Shown one piece after another: positions 31,101-39,299 of a DNA stretch of 64,000 bases. The stretch is from Candidatus Anstonellales archaeon. Lineage in GTDB: Archaea; Micrarchaeota; Micrarchaeia; Anstonellales; J096. Numbering within the stretch: the stretch's first letter is position 1; each line of letters begins with the position of its first letter. The notes below the pieces were generated by a model. It worked only from the letters and a program-made list of their open reading frames with translations. It did not search any database and had not been told where the DNA came from. The position numbers were made by a program, and so were the translations under genes. Location of the stretch: assembly GCA_038896535.1 (NCBI GenBank), contig JAWACY010000001.1:96001-160000 (forward strand). The letters run 5' to 3'.

Positions 31101-31461
31101 ACAAACAACACCAGTTCATATAATACCACAAACAATAGGGCAGTATACAGTTGATGTTTATTTAGGCACAACATTAGTAACATCAATGAAAGGAACAGGA
31201 AAAACAACACTAACACTGCCAGAAGGTAAATATAAAATTGTTATTAGAAGCGATTATGTTATAAGAGGAGCAACAATTGATATTCCATTAAAAACCCCGC
31301 CAATAGTTGTTAATGTAAATGAAGTCATATACTCATTTATTGCTATGATACTTTTCTTTATGCTCATATTATTCATAAGGGATTATATAAGGGAAAGAGA
31401 GAAAATAAAGAAAGAGACAATGGAAAAATACGCAGCAAAAGGAGAGGAAACATTTAAATAA
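28141..31461 (+). CDS. Large membrane-anchored surface glycoprotein with beta-helix (NosD/pectin lyase-like) repeats
   Basis: Signal peptide, Asn-rich beta-helix repeats, many NxS/T sequons, poly-Pro linker, Ig-like domains, C-terminal TM. Confidence 0.75.
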   Translation: MRRNVNVIFLVFLYFIYTSMAITVYVNNTPISGCYPDGSINYSNITDAINAVSDGDTIIVCKTSSTYVEDIIINKSINMFGNESYVSLNPLTTTGQAFTIKINANYVNISNFSIIGNGMDDYGGIDVNGFNNTKISNNYFSQLCEPAVLVSGSYNLLINNIANKTQCGNIASVCSSLTYYDGTYYTPVAFCFSPFGFNNSAINNTALEWPTGFIFYSNNSNPNTYYEVINNTAKNNGIGFLFNENNNVFLAKNLRAYNNTIGFVRQGSSVVYINDSESINNSKYDLIYGGGWNNLNLGDFIIDIEYSSNLGFKALKNLSTLPNDVTPIYLLNTTVLGFTQSGKFYFRINDSYIQTFNLSYDDLVLAYTNNTELLLYPAFAIYNDSLKTIGANINNLGNTTFAVIGPGSNATTIYVNNTVQTNNCPPDGAVNYAKIEDAILRLFPGRSLIICNGGSNYNISNSISIQKLAKVNIAGVDNNVTITNSSNTLFLNIFNSNLSNLTFIGNPYAFFIGAINSNISNIKSLNGNGIIGGRNVTLRNYYSFNNTWGLAILTGFFSPIQPPGYNVTIINATILNSSQFPFVAALTSNVTLINSTIFNYWAYNNPIVITNNIATTTINTSVRFVNVTFGPPDGSLDGRTTINFKLSLNDSAPNNAFLGWVNVSDLPFFPNNGSINNSFNKKIILLASNSTVEEFKLVWTDNETQSLQNESLIQLWKFNNTDWVLENDTPDTANNEIGLSNFTPGSIYGLFYFGGFGSPPPPPPPPITPPSGGGERKLSISTDFICPDNVLSVTVSDRDNGDLIENARVVVSKSDLSYVEAKRTNENGKALFNIPSNGSYTIEASKSGYQRKDISEQITLCEIKNETKNETKNETKPKERIEEIIVEKPQENRLIINAPDEAFVGDNITITARYENGEIASNVKITVLTQNQTFELITDRDGFAYITPLWAGFYVYTSNVPIAKSKATIVREREVKEYRLEVPLTIRQTTPVHIIPQTIGQYTVDVYLGTTLVTSMKGTGKTTLTLPEGKYKIVIRSDYVIRGATIDIPLKTPPIVVNVNEVIYSFIAMILFFMLILFIRDYIREREKIKKETMEKYAAKGEETFK

Positions 31462-31464
31462 ATT

Positions 31465-31818
31465 ATGCAAAATTATAATATGGAACTGAATGACAAAAAT
31501 ATAAAAAATCTTATAATATGGGTGTTATCAATATTTGGGGTAATAATTGGCTATCTGCTATGGAAAAAGGATAAGGACAATATTTATTGGGTAAATATAA
31601 CATTAGCGTTTTTCATTTCAGCAATTATTCTTAATATATTAGCAGGTATTGCTGTTTTTATCCCGATTATTGGCATGTTTATATCTGCATTAATAGGTTT
31701 TTATATACTTATAGCATGGCTTTATGGAATGTTATTAATATTGAATAATAAAACTACATTTAAGCTACCATTATTCAAAGAACTCATTGAATTTATTACA
31801 CAAAAAATAAGGTTATAA
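31465..31818 (+). CDS. Small membrane protein (DUF4870-like)
   Basis: Three TMs, FIPIIG, FKLPL. Confidence 0.6.
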   Translation: MQNYNMELNDKNIKNLIIWVLSIFGVIIGYLLWKKDKDNIYWVNITLAFFISAIILNILAGIAVFIPIIGMFISALIGFYILIAWLYGMLLILNNKTTFKLPLFKELIEFITQKIRL

Positions 31819-31820
31819 GT

Positions 31821-32082
31821 GTGGCGGGCTTCCTGTTATGCAAGCATTCCCTAAGTGATCAGCATAACAAAGGCCCTCTGTGCTGTTTGCTCCAAACAAC
31901 TGCCATACACTTAGGGCTGCTCGTTACCGCCTGACCCAGTTCATGTATAGCAATCAATGGAGGACAGCACTTCATTGCTTTATTATGCCATCTTCCTTAA
32001 AGAATGCTTACTTCACAGGCATTCGGCCCGCCTATAGGGGATTTGCGGTAAAGGGACCCCTAGCCCCAGCCTAGCCCGCCAC
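31821..32082 (-). ncRNA. ffs: Signal recognition particle (7S) RNA
   Basis: Terminal helix GTGGCGGGCT/AGCCCGCCAC; Alu domain with complementary loops TAGGGG/CCCCTA; helix 8 motif GAAC..TCAGG-CG-GTAA-CG-AGCA. Confidence 0.93.
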
Positions 32083-32165
32083 ATTAAATAAATATAAAAA
32101 CAACTTTTAAATTTTATTGTAAAAAATTTTATTGTATAGAACATGACTAATAATTAAAAACATGA

Positions 32166-32837
32166 CTAATAATTAAAAATAAGAAATAAAAAAATGGATA
32201 AAAATGAATCTAAAATATAAGAAAGTATAAAGCTTAAACCTAAAATTAAAAATGATTTAAACATGCTAATATCATACAATCCTGATATACCTTTAGTTAA
32301 ATAATAAAAGCATATAATGCTTGTTATTAAAGAAAACATGGGAAAAAGGATAAAGTTATATGGTAAAAAGGCAGATAAAAGTGATATATAATATAAAGAA
32401 AAGCTAAAAACACATACTGCTAGAACTTCTGAAAATCTTATAGCAGGGATTGTTGAGCTTCTAATAATCGTTGTTTTTACTATTGTTATGACCTTTGTTA
32501 TTATAAAAGCAAATATCAAGTTAAAAAGAATATTAAAAACAAATAGGAAAATTTCATTTATCATAGATAAGCTTAATTGCATCATTTCTTTTTGTAATGG
32601 GGAGATATTACTTGCTAAATCTGAGTTTAAAACTGAGCTAAAATAAACATGGTTTGATAAAACATACAAAAGACTGAATATAAATAACGCAACAATAACG
32701 TTATTTATCTTTTTATTACTCATTATTTTATAAGTTTCATTTCTTGGCATTAAAAATTCAAAATATTGGCTTGCTTCTATTTTTTTATCTTCTTCTATAT
32801 TATTTAATGTTTTAACTTTCTTTTTATTCAGGCGCAT
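32166..32837 (-). CDS. Yip1-like membrane protein
   Basis: Five TMs in a Yip1-like arrangement. Confidence 0.5.
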   Translation of the reverse strand: MRLNKKKVKTLNNIEEDKKIEASQYFEFLMPRNETYKIMSNKKINNVIVALFIFSLLYVLSNHVYFSSVLNSDLASNISPLQKEMMQLSLSMINEIFLFVFNILFNLIFAFIITKVITIVKTTIIRSSTIPAIRFSEVLAVCVFSFSLYYISLLSAFLPYNFILFPMFSLITSIICFYYLTKGISGLYDISMFKSFLILGLSFILSYILDSFLSIFLFLIFNY

Positions 32838-32867
32838 TAAATGAAGTGGAACATAGATTTTAAAATA

Positions 32868-33353
32868 CTATCTGGCCAGTGCATTTATCCTTTTAATCAT
32901 TGCATGCCAATGAGTCGCCCTCCAATAAACTTTTTTGCATTTTTTGCATATATAAAATGTCCTTATGTTTTTTATTACATCTTTTGCCTGCTTTTTTTCT
33001 ACTTTCGTTAATTCATCAAATGTTTTTTTAATAAGAATGCTATTGCATTTTGGGCATCTTGTTTTTTTCTTAATAGTCAGCTTAAATGTTCTTATAAGCT
33101 TTTTTAAGCCATTAGAAAAACCATTCTTGTCTGGTTTTAATAAGAATGCTTTTGCGTATTTTCTCGCCCTATTATAAAGCTCCTTATCAGCAGTTATAAA
33201 AATTATTCTGTTACTTTTATTTTCCTCCCTTATTTTATTTATTATGTCATTATCATTCATATTCTTAATAAAAAAACAATCATAGCCCATTACTCTTAAA
33301 TATTGGGCTAAATTAAATAGCATCTCATCTATAAAAAATCTTATATTTTTCAT
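32868..33353 (-). CDS. Mut7-C RNase domain protein (PIN-like plus Zn ribbon)
   Basis: FFIDEML..LAQYLRVMGYD, TADKEL, RCPKCN, CKKCKKVYW..THW; ATG at 33353. Confidence 0.9.
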   Translation of the reverse strand: MKNIRFFIDEMLFNLAQYLRVMGYDCFFIKNMNDNDIINKIREENKSNRIIFITADKELYNRARKYAKAFLLKPDKNGFSNGLKKLIRTFKLTIKKKTRCPKCNSILIKKTFDELTKVEKKQAKDVIKNIRTFYICKKCKKVYWRATHWHAMIKRINALAR

Positions 33354-33355
33354 TA

Positions 33356-33661
33356 TCAGCTTATTATAATTTTTGCATAGACATTCTCTGGTACTTTGAC
33401 CCTTAAAAGCTGCCTTAAAGCTTTCTCGTCTCCTTCTATATCTATAAACCAGGTATGTATAACTTTCCACCATCTTTCATAAGTATCGCTTCCATCTCCG
33501 CATGGAGTCCTTCTTGTAGCAACAATGAGGTTCTTTTTAGGCAATCTAACAATGCCTGATATTTTTATTCCAAGCACTCTCCCCATATTATTTATTTGCT
33601 CAACAACAAATTCAAGATCTTTGCTTGATTCCCCCTGGAGCCTCATTCTTGCTTTTGTCAT
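33356..33661 (-). CDS. rpsJ: 30S ribosomal protein S10 (uS10)
   Basis: SGIVRLP, TRRTPCGDGSDTYERW; follows aEF-1a. Confidence 0.95.
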   Translation of the reverse strand: MTKARMRLQGESSKDLEFVVEQINNMGRVLGIKISGIVRLPKKNLIVATRRTPCGDGSDTYERWWKVIHTWFIDIEGDEKALRQLLRVKVPENVYAKIIIS

Positions 33662-33669
33662 TTTACCAC

Positions 33670-34938
33670 TCAATCTCTTCTTGCTACAATATCTAAAACA
33701 ACCCCTGCAGCAACTGTCATGTTCATATCTCTTATTGCAAACCTACCTAATGGTGGGAAATCTTGGAACCTTTCAACAACAACTGGCTTCAATGGCTGTA
33801 CTTTAACAACTCCAGCATCACCAGTTTTCAAGAAATCTGATTTGCCCAAACTTTGGCCTGTTTTAGGATCTTTTTTATCAACTATCTCAACAATTTTTGC
33901 AGGGAATGTTGCAGTATGAACATGGAAAACAGGAGTATAGCCAACACTTATTGCTGTTGGATGGTTAAGCACAATAATTTGTGCTGTGAATTCCTGCACT
34001 ACTGTTGGAGGATTAGATACTGGGCCTATTACATAACCTCTTGCTATGTCCTTCTTTTCAACGCCCTTTAAGTTAAATCCTATGTTATCTCCAGGAATTG
34101 CTTCTGGCAATTCTTGGTGATGCATTTCAATTCTTTTAACTTCTCCCTGTACTTTTGATGGCATTACAATAACTTTATCGTTTGTCTTTAATACTCCAGT
34201 CTCTACTCTACCAACAGCAACAAGACCATGGCCAGTTATAGAATAAACATCTTGGACCGGCAACCTTAATGGCTTATCAACTGGTTTTTTTGGAACGCTA
34301 AGCATATCCAATGCTTCAAAGAGAGTTGGTCCATTATACCAAGACATTTTATCGCTCTTCTTCATTAAATTATCTCCATGGTAAGAAGAAGCTGGTATTA
34401 TTGGTATTTTATCAACCTGATAGCCTATGCCTTTTAACAAGTTTTGCACTTCTGCTTTTACTTTTTCGAATGTAACCTTATCATAATTGACTGCATCAAT
34501 TTTTGATATTAAAACAATAAGCTGATTTATACCCAATACCTTTGCCAAAAACGCATGCTCTTTTGTTTGAGGCTGAACGCCATCTTTACCAGATACAACC
34601 AAAACAGCAGCATCTGCTTGACTTGCTCCTGTTATCATATTTTTAACAAAGTCCCTATGCCCTGGAGCATCAATAATAGTAAAGTAATATTTAGGGGTCT
34701 CAAAATCTTGGTGGCTTATTTCTATTGTAACTCCTCTTTCTCTCTCCTGTTTAAGCCTGTCCATTAAATATGCAAACTCGAATGTTGCTTTACCAAGCTT
34801 TTCTGCCTCTTCTCTTAATTTTTTTATTGTCTGCTCGTCTATTTTTCCGCTATCATACAATATCCTACCAACTGTTGTGCTCTTTCCGGCATCAACATGG
34901 CCTATAAAGACTACATTTAAGTGTTCTTTCTTTGCCAT
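33670..34938 (-). CDS. tuf: Translation elongation factor EF-1 alpha
   Basis: GHVDAGKST, ERERGVTI, DAPGHRDFVKNMITG, GRFAIRDM. Confidence 0.98.
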   Translation of the reverse strand: MAKKEHLNVVFIGHVDAGKSTTVGRILYDSGKIDEQTIKKLREEAEKLGKATFEFAYLMDRLKQERERGVTIEISHQDFETPKYYFTIIDAPGHRDFVKNMITGASQADAAVLVVSGKDGVQPQTKEHAFLAKVLGINQLIVLISKIDAVNYDKVTFEKVKAEVQNLLKGIGYQVDKIPIIPASSYHGDNLMKKSDKMSWYNGPTLFEALDMLSVPKKPVDKPLRLPVQDVYSITGHGLVAVGRVETGVLKTNDKVIVMPSKVQGEVKRIEMHHQELPEAIPGDNIGFNLKGVEKKDIARGYVIGPVSNPPTVVQEFTAQIIVLNHPTAISVGYTPVFHVHTATFPAKIVEIVDKKDPKTGQSLGKSDFLKTGDAGVVKVQPLKPVVVERFQDFPPLGRFAIRDMNMTVAAGVVLDIVARRD

Positions 34939-35045
34939 AGAATCACCTTTTAGTATAAAGTTTATAATAGAAATATTTTTAAATCATAATCTCTGCACAT
35001 AATGCTTAGCAAATGCTTGGCAAATGCTTAGTGATGCTTGGCAAA

Positions 35046-35249
35046 TTATTCTACTTCAAATGCAATCTTTAGTCTAACTTTATATTCTTTTATTTGCCCT
35101 TTCTCATCTACCTTGCCTTTCATGTCAACAACATGGAAGCTTTTTATATGCCTTATTGTCTTTGCTGCTCTTTCAAGGCCTTTTTTTATTGCATCATCCC
35201 AGCTCTTGTTGCTATTGCTCATTATTTCTATAACTTTTGCTACGCTCAT
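35046..35249 (-). CDS. Dodecin family protein
   Basis: KVIEI.S.S.KSWDDA...AAKTIR...YKV.LKIAF. Confidence 0.85.
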   Translation of the reverse strand: MSVAKVIEIMSNSNKSWDDAIKKGLERAAKTIRHIKSFHVVDMKGKVDEKGQIKEYKVRLKIAFEVE

Positions 35250-35266
35250 ATGCCCACCCAATATTT

Positions 35267-36895
35267 TTATGCTTGCCCATTTTTAATTGTTTGCTTTTCC
35301 CTTTTTATCTCTGCATTAAGCCTTTCAAGATTTATGCTGGCATTGTTAAGGAATTTAAACCTCCCTATTATTGGATGCACTTGTTTAATTTTATCAGCGA
35401 TTTTTATTGCAATTTTCCTATAATCAGCATGGCCTTGCTCAGAACTTCTTAATTCGCACATATGCAGGGCTTCTCTTAAATTTAATGATAACAGCCATCT
35501 TATTTTGTAAGCAAATGGCACAACATATTGGGCATTATAAGGAGATTTCTTTTCTATTTTCCTAAAAATATCATCTGCCATATGCATTGCATCATCCCAT
35601 TTCTGTTTTAATCCTGCATCTATAATTTCTTCTGGTGTATCATAGCCCAAATGCGTTGTTAAAAGCTGTCTGAATTGAGTATTTAACCTATGCCTCTGCA
35701 AATCTCTATATGCCCCAAAATTACATGTTATCTGGAATGTGTAGGAAACAAGCTCAAAAGCTCTGTTTGGTTTATGCCTTCTATTGTCCCTTGCTCTTTC
35801 ATAATCAAGCAAAAATTGGCTTTTTTGCAATGAGCTCATTTGCCTTGCATGAGCAATGGCTTTTTCAAAATCAAGGCCGGATTTCATAAATAATAAAGAA
35901 GCAAAAACATCTTCTTCTCTCCCATTTACATGAATAAGTTTAACATCTTCATCATTGTCATTAAAATGGGCCATGTTTTTATATGCTAATGCCAGATTTT
36001 CAATTGCTTCATTTAATTGGGATAAAAATGAAATATGTTTTTCCCCATAGCTTGATTTAAATCTCTTAATAAGGCTTGGCAAAACCTTTTTGAGCTCATT
36101 ATACATTTCATCAGCCAATGATTTAGCTTCATAAAGCTCGCTTGCTGCCATTTTTATAAGTAAATATTCAAAAGCCCTGGCATTTCCTGCTAGGCCAACA
36201 TTTGTTAATGTAGATGCTGGCAAAAGCCCTCTTGTTATGTCACATGCTTTTGCTTTTATTGCATTCTCGTATGCTCTTTCACTAATGTGTTCTTCTTTTT
36301 TATATCTCTTTCTCAAGTAATTTTTTATAGAATAAAGCATCTCAGCATATGTGTCAAAAAGTTTTTGCATAAGGCTGTTATATAAATCCCCATAATTTTT
36401 CATTATTGTTTGGTCTTCATAATATTTATATTTTCCATTGACTTTTTCATCAAATGCAACATATCTTGTACTTTTTTCTAATGGCGATATTCCTACCCTA
36501 GAATCTTCAAGAATTTTTGCCATTAATGAAGAACAATTTTCTACTGCTATATGGGCAAATGCCAGCTCAGCAACACTATCATCGCCATATCCTATAAATA
36601 CTCTATCAAAAAAATCTTCTGCTTTTTTAACATTTATATAGGAATGGCCCTTGCATTCTTTATCTGGCCCTTTTAATAGGCCTTCATTTATAAACTCGTC
36701 TAATAATATTCGCTTTAGGCTTTTATTGCTCCTGCTATAACGAGAAAAAAGGGCTGCTTTGACAATCTCTGGCATGTTCATTAAAGCAAAAACATTTCCA
36801 TTCACATTAGATATAAAATACTGTAATAGTGTTATTTCCTCTTCTGTAAATTCATTATTGCTGTATATGTTGCTTGGCACATTTATTATTATCAA
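35267..36895 (-). CDS. thyX: Flavin-dependent thymidylate synthase, long tandem-domain form
   Basis: SRYSRS, GYGDDSVAEL, EKSTRY, RDLQRHR, ELRS..QGH. Confidence 0.88.
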   Translation of the reverse strand: MIIINVPSNIYSNNEFTEEEITLLQYFISNVNGNVFALMNMPEIVKAALFSRYSRSNKSLKRILLDEFINEGLLKGPDKECKGHSYINVKKAEDFFDRVFIGYGDDSVAELAFAHIAVENCSSLMAKILEDSRVGISPLEKSTRYVAFDEKVNGKYKYYEDQTIMKNYGDLYNSLMQKLFDTYAEMLYSIKNYLRKRYKKEEHISERAYENAIKAKACDITRGLLPASTLTNVGLAGNARAFEYLLIKMAASELYEAKSLADEMYNELKKVLPSLIKRFKSSYGEKHISFLSQLNEAIENLALAYKNMAHFNDNDEDVKLIHVNGREEDVFASLLFMKSGLDFEKAIAHARQMSSLQKSQFLLDYERARDNRRHKPNRAFELVSYTFQITCNFGAYRDLQRHRLNTQFRQLLTTHLGYDTPEEIIDAGLKQKWDDAMHMADDIFRKIEKKSPYNAQYVVPFAYKIRWLLSLNLREALHMCELRSSEQGHADYRKIAIKIADKIKQVHPIIGRFKFLNNASINLERLNAEIKREKQTIKNGQA

Positions 36896-36982
36896 AACAT
36901 ATTTAATTTCTTATGCTATGGCATTGCTATTTCATTCATTATAGCCCATTTTTTATTTAAAAACCTTTTCATAAATTATATT

Positions 36983-38008
36983 ATGGATGAATTAATGAAA
37001 AGGCTTTCAGAAGCAAATGGCATTGCTGGTTATGAAGATGAAATAAGCCAGATCATGGCTAATGAAATGAAAAAAGCTGGCCTGCACGTTGAAATAGATA
37101 ATTTTGGTAATTTATTGGCTTACAAAAAAATAACGAAAAGGCCACTTGTATTCGCTGCACATATGGATGAAATAGGGATGAGCGTAAAGTATATAGACAA
37201 GGATGGGTTTATAAGATTTATAAAAATAGGAGGTATAGATGATAAAACACTCATTAATCAAAGTGTCTTGATAAAGGGTGAGAAGGGTTATGTAAATGGG
37301 GTCATAGGCATAAGACCACCTCATGTTATGAGTAAAGAAGAATTAAAAACATTTATTGAATACAAAAACATGTTCATTGATATAGGAGCAAAATCAAAAA
37401 AAGAAGTTGAAAGGCTTGGCATATATCCAGGAAGCCCAATATTTTTCAAAGCAAGTTTTAGTGAAATGCTCAATAACAGATTTTGTGGGAAGGCACTTGA
37501 TAACAGGATAGGATGTTATTTATTAATAAAATTAGCAAAAACCTTGCCAGAAAATGTTGTGCTCGTTGGAACTGCACAAGAGGAGGTTTCAGTATTTGGG
37601 AAAGGTGCTACAATAGCATCTTATAATTTAGAGCCAAGAATATTTATTGCTGTTGATACTGCTGTTGCTGGGGACCATCCAGAAATAAAGGAGGATGAGG
37701 CTCCAATAAAATTGGAAAAAGGAGCAGTAATAACATTAATAGAGGCAAGCGGGCTTGGTAATATAGCAAGCAAGCATTTAGCAAAAAAAATTATTGATAT
37801 AGCAAAAAGAGCAAAAATTCCATATCAGCTAGAAACAATTGAAGGAGGAGCCACAGATGCAGCTTCAGTTTATAATGTAAAGGGCGGCATACCATCAATA
37901 GCAATTTGCGTTCCGACAAGATATATACACAGCAACGTTAGTGTAGCAAGCAAAAAAGATGTTGACATATGCTTAAAATTACTTGAAAGGATTGCAAAAG
38001 AGTTATAG
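36983..38008 (+). CDS. M42 family (TET) aminopeptidase
   Basis: AHMDEIG, KALDNR, QEE, AVD, GGATDA, RYIHS. Confidence 0.93.
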   Translation: MDELMKRLSEANGIAGYEDEISQIMANEMKKAGLHVEIDNFGNLLAYKKITKRPLVFAAHMDEIGMSVKYIDKDGFIRFIKIGGIDDKTLINQSVLIKGEKGYVNGVIGIRPPHVMSKEELKTFIEYKNMFIDIGAKSKKEVERLGIYPGSPIFFKASFSEMLNNRFCGKALDNRIGCYLLIKLAKTLPENVVLVGTAQEEVSVFGKGATIASYNLEPRIFIAVDTAVAGDHPEIKEDEAPIKLEKGAVITLIEASGLGNIASKHLAKKIIDIAKRAKIPYQLETIEGGATDAASVYNVKGGIPSIAICVPTRYIHSNVSVASKKDVDICLKLLERIAKEL

Positions 38009-38041
38009 AGCTATTTATAGAGCTATAATCTTATGAATTTT

Positions 38042-38698
38042 TTATTTTTTAATAAATTTTTTTAATGATATATATGCCTTTTTTATGACTTTATCTAATA
38101 TGCTAGTTCTTTGCTCTAAAACTGGCATGCCTTTTCTTAATGCCATCAACAATTTTTCAGGAGTATTTATCTGAATATTATCATCAACAAATACATATGC
38201 CCTGCCAACTTCAAATGGACTATGGCTATCGCTTCCTGCTCCTTTTATTATATTATTTTCATCAGCGAATAATAGTGCCTCTTTATCAGCCTGTTCAGGG
38301 CTTTTTGCATTATAAACTTCTATAATATTGCATTCCTTCAATAGCTCTTTCTTATTTATTCCATGCCTCATAAAATCAAATGGATGCGGAGCATATGCAA
38401 TAGCTCCTTGACTTTTTATCTCATCTATGGTTTCATAAAAATCCATATATGGCCTTATCTCATCAAACAAAAAAAGGCCTATTAAATCCCCTTGTTTTGT
38501 TGTTATTTCTTCTCCAGGGATAACATAAATGCCTTGTTCCTTGCCAATTTTTTGTAATTCCTTTACTGCTCTCATTGTATTATGATCTGTTATTGCAATT
38601 GCATCTATGCCTTTTGCCTTTGCTCTTTTTATTAATTCACGCTTTGTTGTTAATGCATCTGGGCTAGCATCTGTATGGTTGTGCATATCAATCTTCAT
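38042..38698 (-). CDS. PHP-domain metal-dependent hydrolase
   Basis: DMHNHT, ITDHN, PGEE, PHPF, GSDSH. Confidence 0.9.
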   Translation of the reverse strand: MKIDMHNHTDASPDALTTKRELIKRAKAKGIDAIAITDHNTMRAVKELQKIGKEQGIYVIPGEEITTKQGDLIGLFLFDEIRPYMDFYETIDEIKSQGAIAYAPHPFDFMRHGINKKELLKECNIIEVYNAKSPEQADKEALLFADENNIIKGAGSDSHSPFEVGRAYVFVDDNIQINTPEKLLMALRKGMPVLEQRTSILDKVIKKAYISLKKFIKK

Positions 38699-39299
38699 CT
38701 AATTTATTCACCTCAACATGATATTTATCTATATTTGATATGATTATTTCAGGAAATATTATTGCTGCATTGTTTTTTAAATATCTCATTACATTTGCAC
38801 ACGCAATGCTTGCCAAAAAAGCTGCTGTATATGCATTACTTCTCTCTTGCTTCTGCTTTTTTTTGAAAAAAATTGAAGAGAATTTATGAAAATGGCTGAC
38901 TTCCACTATTGTTGTCATTCCTATATTGCCAGATATTGAACAAAAAACATAAGGACATTTTATTTCTTCTGCTTTTTTTAATACCTTTTTTCTGCTCTGC
39001 AATGAATCTGTGCAATCTAATATTAAAGATGCATCAAATTTTGCTTGGGAAACATCAAATGGGATATATGCAATTTTTGTTAAGCCTTTCAATTCTTTCT
39101 CTGCAGCTTCAACTTTTTTCATCCCAATATAAGATGGCTTGCAAAATCTCTGGTTTATGTTCTTTTTCTTTATTATATCAAAATCTATGAGCAATAACTT
39201 TAGCTTTTCTCTTGCCAGCAATTCACTTACAAATGAGCCAAGCCCTCCAATGCCAACAATAGCTATTTGCCTATTTAATTTATCTTTCATCTTTATCAA
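38688..39299 (-). CDS. ThiF/MoeB (E1-like) adenylyltransferase, short form
   Basis: VGIGGLGS, IDFD, KVEAA, LDCTDS...R. Confidence 0.75.
   Translation of the reverse strand: MIKMKDKLNRQIAIVGIGGLGSFVSELLAREKLKLLLIDFDIIKKKNINQRFCKPSYIGMKKVEAAEKELKGLTKIAYIPFDVSQAKFDASLILDCTDSLQSRKKVLKKAEEIKCPYVFCSISGNIGMTTIVEVSHFHKFSSIFFKKKQKQERSNAYTAAFLASIACANVMRYLKNNAAIIFPEIIISNIDKYHVEVNKLDED

Noticed and set aside
31880..32074. ORFs overlapping RNA genes (also 27859-28065, 16334-16579, 40909-41091)
   Set aside because: Better explained by the SRP RNA, tRNAs and the H/ACA candidate.
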